Below are positions 8,817-18,600 of a stretch of 18,857 bases of DNA, piece after piece; within the stretch, counting starts at the first letter, position 1; the number at the start of each line of letters is the position of its first letter. The stretch spans positions 1 to 18,857 of the forward strand of contig NW_021824371.1 of the NCBI RefSeq assembly GCF_006345805.1. The letters are read 5' to 3'. A model generated the notes under the pieces. That model did not search any database. It was not told the DNA's origin and saw nothing but the letters and a program-made list of their open reading frames with translations. The translations under genes were made by a program, and so were the position numbers. This stretch comes from Octopus sinensis. Its lineage: Eukaryota.

Positions 8817-8920
8817 TAATAATTATAATAAAGGGTAAAATTAATTAATTAATTAATAATTAAAATTTTACCAAGTAGTTCGGTATGTTAAAAGAACCAT
8901 TATCAGTTAACTTATACAAG

Positions 8921-9292
8921 AATTCTATAATTATGAATATAATTATAATTAGGGTTCAGCAAAATTTGCTTCATCACATACCTATTTCTTTATTACCCAC
9001 AAGGGGCTAAACACAGAGGAGACAAACATGGACAGACATAGGTATTAAGTCGATTATATCGACCCCAGTGCTTAACTGGTACTTAATTTATCGACCCCGA
9101 AAGGAAGAAAAGCAAAGTCGACCTCGGCGGAATTTGAACTTACAACCTACATACCGGTTGTTGAGTTTTGCTATCTGGGAGATTTTCTTATGGGAGTAAA
9201 ATAGTAGTTTAACTACTATTTCTAAATTTTGGTATGTGGGAAATCAAATTTTGCTGAACTCTAATTATAATTATACTCATAATTATAGAATT
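8921..9292. mobile_element. 62-bp inverted-repeat element (arms 8921-8982 / 9231-9292)
   Basis: Arms match at 56/62 positions by manual alignment; MITE-like or an inverted Penelope tail; interrupted by a SINE. Confidence 0.75.
8983..9148 (-). mobile_element. 5'-truncated SINE, same family as 9896-10116
   Basis: Reverse complement of 8983-9141 aligns without gaps to 9958-10116 (about 18 mismatches in 159 nt); acatacc direct repeats at 8976-8982 and 9149-9155 are a candidate TSD. Confidence 0.9.
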
Positions 9293-9295
9293 TAT

Positions 9296-9316
9296 ACACA
9301 CTCACACACACACACA

Positions 9317-9362
<46 letters not shown>
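9296..9362. repeat. (CA)n microsatellite
   Basis: Directly visible. Confidence 0.95.
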
Positions 9363-9582
9363 ATCTAAATTCAGGACCAGGTACTGCAATAGTCTAAGGT
9401 TCCAAGACTCACAGATTTTCAATGCCTGGTCATAAAAATGAAAAAATCTGCATAAGGTGGAAGTAGATGTTTTCAAAAAGGAACTAGACATCCTCCTCTC
9501 CACAATACCGGATGAACCAACAGCCGGGCATGATGTGCAGACGAGGGCAGCGGAATCAAACCCCCACCCCCTTGTACAATAA
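9361..9582 (+). pseudogene. C-terminal end of a non-LTR retrotransposon ORF2 (CR1/L2/Jockey group)
   Basis: Frame 1: SKFRTRYCNSLRFQDSQIFNAWS*K*KNLHKVEVDVFKKELDILLSTIPDEP...RAAESNPHPLVQ*. The NS...xFNxLP...FKxxLDxxLxxIPDEP...RAAxSN pattern is typical of such C-termini; the exact clade is uncertain. Confidence 0.7.
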
Positions 9583-9711
9583 ATGGGTCAACAGCTGGGA
9601 CAAAGGCACATGTAGGAGTGGTGATGTGAAACACCCCAGACTGAGGAAATCAAAACGATCACCGTCGTACTCCAGCATGACCGCAGCTGCATGGATGAGG
9701 CGAGTAACAGA

Positions 9712-9751
9712 ATATATATATGCATATATATATACATAATATATGTATATA

Positions 9752-9794
<43 letters not shown>

Positions 9795-9893
9795 ATGCAT
9801 ATATATACATATATATATATATGCATATATATACATACATATATGTATATATGTATATACACATATATACATATATATACATACACATATATA
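9712..9893. repeat. (TA)n/(CATA)n tract
   Basis: Directly visible. Confidence 0.95.
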
Positions 9894-9895
9894 CA

Positions 9896-10116
9896 TGGCA
9901 GAAACGTTAGCACGCCGGGCGAAATGCGTAGCCGTATTTCGTTTGCCGTTACGTTCTGAGTTCAAACTCCACCGAGGTCGACTTTGCCTTTCATCCTTTC
10001 GGGGTTGATAAATAAAGTACCAGTTACGCACTGGGGTCGATGTAATCGACTTAATCCCTTTGTCTGTCTTTGTTTGTCCCCTCTACGTTTAGCCCCCTGT
10101 GGGTAGTAAAGAAATA
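9896..10116 (+). mobile_element. tRNA-type SINE, near full length
   Basis: A-box-like tggcagaaacgttagc, B-box-like gttctgagttcaaactcc, body gaggtcgactttgcctttcatcctttcgggg...ctggggtcgat, 3' end gggtagtaaagaaata into (TA)n; second copy at 8983-9141. Confidence 0.88.
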
Positions 10117-10589
10117 TATACATATACATACAGATATATTTACATGCACATATGTTTACTTACATCCATACACACACGCACGGCACACACACACAAGCGC
10201 ACAAGCACACAAAACCGTAGACATAAAGCCCACATACTCTACACACAACTTGAATTTAATCAATTCTTCACACAGATTACAAAGACAGTCAGTTATACAC
10301 ACGTTTGGCACGTGTATGTGAACGTGTATAAGACAGATAAGGTGAGTGCTCATGTGTGTGTATGTGCCTGTCTGTGTGCGTAGATTTATGATAAAGTAGT
10401 CACCTGAGTGTAAGTCTGTACATCATGTGCGGGTGGATGTATTCTATGCTCAGTGTGTTTCTATGAACGTTAATGATTCTGTGTATGTGTGTGCATGTGT
10501 GCATGCACATATGTAATTAATTCGTTTATCTATCTCTCTGAGAATAAATGTATGTATGTGCTCCTAAATCCATACATGTATGTAAATGC

Positions 10590-10594
10590 GTGTA

Positions 10595-10627
<33 letters not shown>

Positions 10628-10788
10628 GTATGTATGTATATATAAAAAGAGGTTTGTATGATTGTGTATAGACGGATATATATTATTCAAAGAAATTCCA
10701 ACTTACATATATATATATATATATATACGTATTCTATATTATACATATATCTTATATTGTGTACACATATATAATGCTAGCAGGCCAT

Positions 10789-10854
<66 letters not shown>

Positions 10855-10885
10855 CTATATATATATATATATACATATACATATG
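10590..10885. repeat. Interrupted (TA)n tracts
   Basis: Directly visible. Confidence 0.9.
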
Positions 10886-10989
10886 TAAGTGCTCACGTAG
10901 ATGTATGTGGAAGGGTTGATGTCATTGCGTATTAGGGTCTGTATACGTATGTATACTTGTATTACAAGCTAAACTTCTCTGTTATCTTC

Positions 10990-11345
10990 TATGTACGTAC
11001 GTAGGTATGGCTGCATAAATGTATGTGTGTATGTGTGTATGTATGAAAGATTGTATGCATGTACGCATGTGTGTTTGTATGCATGTATGTATGTATGTAT
11101 GTATGTATGTATGTGTGTATGTGTGTATGTGTGTATGTATGTATGTGTGTATGTATGTATGTATGTATGTCTGCATGCATGTATGTGTGTATGTGTGTAT
11201 GTGTGTGCGTATGTATGTATGTATGTATGTATGTATGTATGTATGTATGTATGTATGCATGCATGTATGAAAGATTGTATGTATGTACGCATGTGTGTTT
11301 GTATGTATGTCTTTGTGCGGGTTCGTATCTATTTATGTATGAATG
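10990..11345. repeat. (TATG)n/(TG)n tract with an internal higher-order duplication
   Basis: Marker gtatgaaagattgtatg(c/t)atgtacgcatgtgtgtttgtatg occurs at 11041 and 11265. Confidence 0.92.
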
Positions 11346-11459
11346 TTTAGTCAATCCACCCACCTATCCATAGTTCCATCCGTGCATCCATCTGTTATAT
11401 TTCTTACGCTTCATTACAAGGGGGGCCGGGTGTGAGCGCACGCGCGCACGTGTGTGTGT

Positions 11460-11690
11460 ATGCAAGAGCGGGTGACAGAGAGTGAGAGGGGGAGCGGAGG
11501 AAAAAGAGAAAGATAAGAAGAGATGAGAGGAAGGGGAAGAGAGGGAGAGAAGGAGAGAAAACCCAGTTTGTGGGAGAATAAGCGAATAAATATATATATG
11601 TGCATATAGTTACATAGAGAGAGTGAAAGAGAAAGAGAAAGACAGGAAGGGGAAGATAGAAAAAGAAAGAGACAGAGGCGGTGCAGATAA
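11460..11690. repeat. Purine-rich (GA/GAAA) low-complexity tract
   Basis: Strong G/A strand bias, e.g. gagagtgagagggggagcggaggaaaaagagaaagataagaagaga. Confidence 0.8.
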
Positions 11691-11754
11691 ATAACAAGTT
11701 AGCTATTTTTTGTTTCTGCTATATATGTATGACAGATAAGGAAAACAGTGAGAG

Positions 11755-11803
11755 AAGACACACACACACACTATACATATATAACATACACATACACATA
11801 TAC

Positions 11804-11894
<91 letters not shown>

Positions 11895-11906
11895 TATACA
11901 TACTAC

Positions 11907-11939
<33 letters not shown>

Positions 11940-11963
11940 ATGTATAGTGTGGATGTCTATGTA

Positions 11964-12004
<41 letters not shown>

Positions 12005-12182
12005 TATGAATATATAATATACATAATTACATATATATCTATATGTATGATGTTATAAATGTATATATATATACACATAAAAAAAATTATATATATTATA
12101 TATGTATATATATAGATATATGTGTGTGGTGTGTGTGTGTGTGTTGTGTGTGTGTGTGTGTGGTGTGTGTGTGTGTGTGTAT
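11755..12182. repeat. (CA)n-(TA)n-(TG)n compound microsatellite
   Basis: Directly visible. Confidence 0.95.
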
Positions 12183-12184
12183 AC

Positions 12185-12247
12185 AGATAACCGAAGAGAT
12201 GGTGTTGTGGATTTCCACCTCGGCATCCGAAACTCAGAGTTTTATCT
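12185..12247 (+). ncRNA. Type-I minimal hammerhead-ribozyme-like motif (Penelope-type) with C at core position U4
   Basis: agataa (12185-90) | ccgaaga (12191-97) | g atg...gtgg attt ccac...cat c c | gaaa (12229-32) | ctc a gag | tt | ttatct (12242-47). Perfect 6-bp stem I, G10.1-C11.1 pair, near-palindromic stem III actcagagt, GUU triplet. Confidence 0.65.
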
Positions 12248-12627
12248 TGGCTACTGAATAATTGTCACATATTATTTTACAGATAAATTTCCTCTATTTA
12301 CATAATATTGAGGTCTCTTTCTTTCTTTTGTTATCTTACCGTTTTTACCAATATATATATATATATATATATATAATTGATAAAAAAACATATACCAGAG
12401 AGAAGCACACCCTAAAGTATAGAGCAGTATTAATCAGATCTCGCGCCAATCCATTTGCCACGCCCAGACATAATAACCAGTCCGGGACAAGCGTCGCAGA
12501 GAGCGCCACTGAAGACCCTGGTACCACCACCACAGATAATGAATAAACTATAGACACAGATGAAGTCACAAGGACCGCAGCGTATGTTACCACCAGTACA
12601 ATCTCCACACCTAGAAATGATGAGCAA

Positions 12628-13644
12628 TGTGAACAGGTGCGGTCATCGTTCACAAGGCACGTATTTCTGCAGCTAGTTTATTTTACTGAGCTGCAGTTAT
12701 GAATAAAACAGAAACCGAGAAGGAGCACTTGGAAAGTGGAATGTCTTCAAGCGCTCACAGCCCTCAGCCAATCCAACACTGCAATCGGTGGAACGTCCAC
12801 TTTAGCTTTTTATAGCGGATTAGTGGAGGAAAATGCGACGACGTCTTTGGGGAGACCCTGGGCGTAAAGGATCAACTAGCCGCTCTTTTCCGGAGCACTT
12901 TCGGCCTGGGACCGATAGATAACTTCTAAAAGTCTCTGGCCTGGTAATGCTACCGAGGATCTTTGCCTGTTCGAGATAAACTTTATAGGCACGGAAGCAC
13001 CGTCATCCGAGCATTCCGAAATGCGCGCAGGACGACGAGACGGTCCTGCCTGCACTCGTCCAGTGCCCGAGCATTGCTGACCTGTGGGTATATGTCGAAC
13101 ACTTAATGTCGCGCATGGGACGGATCCGGCTGTCAACGGAATCCATCGCGAAGATCGCCCTGCCGCCTTCCTTTAAGCGAGAAGGAATGGCTGTATTTAT
13201 ATGCCTAGTGGCCCAAGCGAAAGAGGTTGTATGGTGGACAAGATTTAAGGGGCTGAAAACAAATACTTTTCCCTGATCAACTTCAAGTTTCACTTGAAAA
13301 GGAAAATAAGAGTAGAGAGGGAAGTGTTGTCTTCTAGACAGATTGCTGAAAGGTGAATGTAAGTGGTGAGAATGGTGCGAGTGAACAGCCTACCCTGTCT
13401 GTAGTTAGAAAATAGAAAAAGGAAAACGGCAACTGCCCCAAAAGTCAGGGCATAGATGTTTTTTTTATGGGGTCTCCTACCTATTGAGGATCACACATTG
13501 ACTTTTTCTAATTTTGTTAGCCTTGTTTACACACAAAACCCTCACAACAGCACATACACACATACACACACACATTCTTTGTTTTGTCCTGTACTGTTCA
13601 TAAGGTTTCTCGTAGTGTAAACCCTTGTGGTTAATAAAGAAATC
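12628..13644 (+). mobile_element. 5'-truncated L1/Tx1-clade LINE (ORF2 C-terminus + 3' UTR)
   Basis: Joined across frameshifts: ECLQALTAL...STLAFYSGLVE / LAALFRSTFGLGPIDNF*KSLAW*CYRGSLPVRDKLYRHG / PKCAQDDETVLPALVQCPSIADLW (zf-RVT-type CxxC...H...C, decayed)...AKEVVWWTR...KRKIRVERE, ending near 13404. The putative UTR ends aataaagaaat before the (ATT)n tract; the UTR assignment is less certain than the ORF. Confidence 0.8.
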
Positions 13645-13667
13645 ATTATTATCATTATTATTATTAT

Positions 13668-13702
<35 letters not shown>

Positions 13703-13749
13703 TCATTATTATTATTATCATCATCACCATCATCATCATCATCATCATC

Positions 13750-13787
<38 letters not shown>

Positions 13788-13798
13788 TATCATTATTA

Positions 13799-13842
<44 letters not shown>

Positions 13843-13852
13843 TATTATTATT
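13644..13852. repeat. Compound (ATT)n/(AGT)n/(ATC)n microsatellite
   Basis: Directly visible. Confidence 0.97.
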
Positions 13853-14961
13853 CTATGTTTGACTTTTGCTTTATATTTGTACAAGTTGGCTCCAAGTCTC
13901 ACCCAGAGACCTCAAGAGACAACAGGGTTGGAAGTTCATGTGTTGGTATGCCTAGTGTGCCATTATATTTGGGGGGGGGTGTGTTGTACTAATGAATGTC
14001 TCAAAAAGTTGTTTGTTTTTTTTTTTAAACCGAAAAATTATGTTTGTTTTAAACCTTGAGATTACATAGAAAGTATTTTGCGTAGGATATGGGCAGTTCC
14101 CATGAGCACTATCTTTTGAATTTCTGCCATTTTGGGGTTTCCTGGTACCTGAGTTAGGTAGCTATCAGCCCCTTTTGCTATCATTCCCAGGGCACCTATG
14201 ACAACAGATATTGTTTTAGTCTTCAGGTTCCACATTTTGCTGATTTCTATTTCAAGATCTTTATATTTGCTCAGTTTTTGGTAGGTCTTGACAGATACGT
14301 TTATATCGATTGGAACAGTCATATCAATGAGAAGGCATGTTCTTTGTTTGAAGTCTTTCAATATGATGTCTGGCCTATTTGCATCTATCTTTCTGTCAGT
14401 TTGAATGGTGAAGTTCCAGAGGAGTGAGATGTGGTCATTTTCAAGCACTGGGGGTGGTTTGTGTTCCACCAGTTTTTCATGGGGCAAATCCAGGTTTTTA
14501 CAGATTACCCAGTGAATATATTGTGCAGCTCTATCGTGCCTGTTGAGATACTCTGTAGGCGCTAGAAGACTGCACTTGGAGACAACATGGTCAATGGTTC
14601 ATTTTGTTGCTTGCATACACGACACGTTGGACTGCTTCTGATCTTTAATATATTGGCCTGGTAGTTTCTTGTTGGTAGGCATTGATCTTGAGCTGCTATG
14701 ATAAACCCCTCTGTTTCAGATTTTAAGCCAGAGGCCATTAGCCATTGATGGTCAGGGCTTTGTCAACATCTGAATTATTTGCTCTCTTTGGGTATTTGCC
14801 ATAGAGGAGGTTTTCTTGCCATTTATCATTCAGAATATCTAAGGCCGCAGATTTAGCACGGGTTTTCATGCGCTTAGCTTTTCTGTGCCTGTTTGTATGT
14901 CTATCTCTAATTCCGAAATTTGTTGTATTCGGAATTCACTAGATATCCTTTGCCTGTTTTG
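13853..14961 (-). mobile_element. 5'-truncated R4/Dong-clade (RLE) non-LTR retrotransposon, copy 1
   Basis: AAQDQCLPTRNY...TCRVCKQQNE.IDHVVSKC...YLNRHD (CCHC knuckle), then ENDHISLLWNFTIQTDRKIDANRPDII...LLIDMTVP...KLSKYKDL...VVIGALG (PD..D endonuclease), stop at 14062; ~200-bp 3' UTR running into (TAA)n; (TAA)n also at the 5' junction. Confidence 0.92.
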
Positions 14962-14968
14962 TATTATT

Positions 14969-15034
<66 letters not shown>
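14962..15034. repeat. (ATT)n microsatellite
   Basis: Directly visible. Confidence 0.97.
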
Positions 15035-15036
<2 letters not shown>

Positions 15037-15592
15037 TTGAGAGAGAGAGCAGTGCATGCCATCAAAGTGACACTGGGGTAAAATATACAAAGCCCAGTAT
15101 ACCCATCATGACTACCCGTCTGATAAGGATACACGAGGCACATGCATCACAACCATGTGTGCGTGACATGGTGATCTCATATCAAGATAAACAGCGCATG
15201 ACCTTGCAGGTGGGGCCCAGTTAGAATTTTCTTCTGGTCGAGTAACCCAACCCGCTCAAAAGGTCCAAAATTAAGGATTTTTAAGGATGTTAAATGAAAC
15301 ACCCATGTTTCCAGGAGTGAATTATTCAAACCCCAAAGAATCCCTCTCAACACATGGCTATGATGCTCCCCCACTACTTCTGCTCGTGATCAGAGATGCA
15401 CATATCGTCAGCCACTAAGGGACATGCTCAACTGGTTAAGGTCAAACAACTGACAAGCAAATCTGTGGTATTGAGCAAAATATTTGCTGTAGCCCATCTT
15501 TTATACCAAGACAAAACAATGTACATGATAACACTTCCAATCAGTTAAGATCAGAAGCCATGACAGCCACTGTCTGATACTGCATCAGGGCA
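15037..15592. mobile_element. Unclassified ~555-bp non-coding element embedded in (ATT)n
   Basis: Complex, GC-richer sequence with sharp boundaries against (ATT)n on both sides; no TIRs or recognisable ORF. I recall similar sequence as an abundant octopus repeat (unverified). Confidence 0.55.
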
Positions 15593-15599
15593 TTTATTA

Positions 15600-15661
<62 letters not shown>
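15593..15661. repeat. (ATT)n microsatellite
   Basis: Directly visible. Confidence 0.97.
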
Positions 15662-15664
<3 letters not shown>

Positions 15665-18600
15665 TAGTTTTATTTTTATAGCGTGCTTTCACTTCACTAC
15701 CGAGCGCAGCTCTGTGTGCCTTAGGTATGTGCTGTGATTTGTTGTGATGCTCTGATGGTTATTGTATGGAAATGTTCTGCGTAGGATGTGTGCAGTGCTA
15801 GTAGTGCAATTTTCTGTATGTTATATGTGTTTGTAAGTCCTGGTGTTTTTGTTATGTATTGTTGAATATTTTTTATCATGCCTAATGCACCTACTATGAT
15901 AGGAATTGTTTCTGTTTTTAGATTCCACATTCTGGTTACCTCTATTTCCAGGTCTTTGTATTTTGAAAGTTTCTCCATTTCTTTTAGAGACACGTTGTCA
16001 TCTGCGGTATTGATACATCAATTAGAAAGCATTTTTTCTTCATGATCTGACAACTATACTGGTCTGTTGGCCTTAAGTTCTCTATCTGTGTGTATCGGCA
16101 TATCCCAGGTATGGTTGCTTTCTCGATTTCTGTGACCTTTTCTGGTGTGTGCCTATACCATCTTTTTTCTGTTGTTATTCCATAATGTTGGCATAGCTTC
16201 CAGTGTATGTAGGTTCCAACTCTGTCATGTCTGTGAACATATTCCTTATAAGCCAGGACTGGGCAGCCAGAGATAATATGATTTATTGTTTCTTGTCCAT
16301 CTCCACATATTCTGCAGTTACTTGTTATATTTCTTTTCATTACATGCTTTTGGTAATTTCTGGTGGGGAAGCTTTGTTCTTGTGCTGCAATTAAAAATCC
16401 CTCCATGGTTCGTTGCTGTTCTATTTTTAGTTTGGATTTCATTTGTTTTATAGCTTTTTTTGTTTCTTCATCATCTTCTTCTTCTTTTTCTTCTTCTTCT
16501 TCTTCTTCTTCTTCTTCTTCTTCTTCTTCTTCTTCTTCTTCTTCTTCTTCTTCTTCTTCTTCTTCTTCTTCTTCCTTCTGTCTTCTTCTTCTTCTTCTTC
16601 TTCTTCTTCTTCTTCTTCTTCATATTTATTAGGTGGTATGATTTTCTTGTTTGTATTTGTCAGCTTCCTTAAATACTGAGAACAGTTTTTTGTTTTGCTC
16701 GTGTTTTGCCGCTACTTTGTATCAGTTTTCCTTCCTTCTGAAGTAGATTTTTTGCAGTCCTATGGTGGTTATTTTTATAGTAGTTTTTCAGCTGTATAGG
16801 GCCTCTACCACCTTCTACAAGTTGTATATATAGTCTTTCTATGTCAGAATTTGGGTGATGCATCCTAGATCCTGTCATTATTTTTCTTCTTTTCCTATCT
16901 ATTTTGGTCAGTTCATTTAGTGTCCATTTAAAGATATTGTAGCTGTAACTTATAACTGGGACAGCTGAAGTGTTAATACTAATTATCTTGTTTTTAGCAT
17001 TGAGCTCAGTTTTTAGTATTGATCTTACTCGTCTATAATATTATTTTTTTATTTTCTCTTTCATTTGTGTGTGTTGTGTCTTATCTAGTTCATGGATTCC
17101 TAAGTATTTGTAAGTTTGGCTTTGGTCTAATTCTTTTATTTCATTGGTTTTATCTAGTGTGATATTGCTACTCTTAACTAGTTTTCCTCTTTTCAGGGTT
17201 ACTTTGGCACATTTTTCTAATCCAAATTTCATATCTATTTCTTTGTGGGTAATCCATAACTGTCTTTAATAGTGTGTCCAGCGTTTTATCATTTGCAGCG
17301 TATAGTTTTAGGTCATCCATATATAAAAGGTGGCTGATCGTTTGGCCGTAACATTTATATCCGCATCCAATTCTATTTAGCATATCATAGAGCGACAGTG
17401 CAGGCAGAAAAGGAGTGGAGAGAGCGTGTCTCCCTGGAATATTCCTCTTCTAATGGGGATGGCTTTGGTTTTCATGAGTCCCTCTTTTGTTTGGAGCTGT
17501 AGCACTGTTTTCTATTTATTCATAGAGTGCCCTATGAATTTTATAATTGTTGGTGCTACTTTGTTAAAGGCTGGTGTTTCGAGGATCCATGTGTGGGGGT
17601 TGCTATCAAACGCCTTTTTGTAGTCGATCCAGGCCATACTGAGGCCTTTCTTCTTTCTGTGGCTGTCTTCAGTTATGGCTTTATTAATCATTAGTTGATC
17701 TTTACAGCCATATGAGCCTTTGAGGCATCCTTTCTGCTCTTCTGGAAACAGGTTGTTTTCGTCCAGGTGCTTGTTCAACCTTTGCAATATCACTGCATTA
17801 AATGCCTTGTACATTGTAGGGAGACAGGTTATTGGTCTGTAGTTTTCTGGTTTTGCTTTCTCATTTGATTTGGGAATTAAGATGGTTTTCCACTTCGTGA
17901 GCCATTCAGGCATTCTCTCTGGCTCTGCTAGTATGTTGTTAAAGTTTTCAGCCAGCTTTTTGTGCATTCCTGTTAGATATTTCAACCAGAAGTTGGGGAT
18001 CTTGTCATGCCCAGGTGCCTTCCAGTTGCTTAGACTTTGCAGTGCCTGGGTGACCTCTTCAGTTGTTATGAGGGTCCAAAGTTGCTCAGATGCTGAGTTT
18101 GTTGTTTTAATACTCCCTTTTTTTTGGTTGTTCGTTCACCGACCATATTTCTCTCCAGAATTCTTCCACTTCTTCTGCCGTTGGTGCTGCAGTGATTTCT
18201 ATTTTATTTTTGCCAAGTTCTTGGTAGAACTTTTTGGGGTTGGAGTTGAACTTTTTGTTTTGTTCAAAGAAGCGCTGGCGTTTCTCGTACCGGCGGATCC
18301 TTTGTGCTTTGGCAAGGATATCTTGCTTCAGCTTTTCTTTTATCTCAGGTAAATCTTTTTCTGTGTGTTATATTTGCGGAGTATTTTTGTTTTTTTTTGT
18401 TGTTGCTGCCAGTAGCGTTGATTGTCTACTGATTTCATTAAGAATCGACAGATCTTTTCTCATTTTTTGTATTTTGTTTTGGATGTTATTTATCCACAGA
18501 GTTTGTTGGGTGTTGGTACTCCTTTTGGAATGGGTTTGAGTGAGTATCCAGCTTCTTTTGTGGCTGCAGTGGCTGCTGCGTATACTAAGTCTTTAGCTCA

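Noticed and set aside
8861-8912. Minus-strand ctgataa-tggt...accgaa-ctacttggta hammerhead-like remnant beside the 62-bp inverted repeat
   Set aside because: G8 and one A of GAAA are missing and stem I does not pair in register; at most a hint of Penelope origin.
10969-12261. Many overlapping HTYI/MYVC/IYIY ORFs
   Set aside because: Translations of (CATA)n, (TATG)n and (TA)n repeats.
12667-12696. 8-bp inverted repeat ctgcagct/agctgcag as a 5'-inversion junction of the LINE
   Set aside because: The Tx1-like reading frame continues through it (FLQLVYFTELQL), so it is probably coincidental codon similarity.
15400-15592. HDV-like ribozyme or hammerhead (ctgacga on the minus strand) at the orphan element or R4 5' end
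   Set aside because: No HDV P1/P3/L3 pattern and no downstream GAAA could be found by eye; a descriptor search would be needed.
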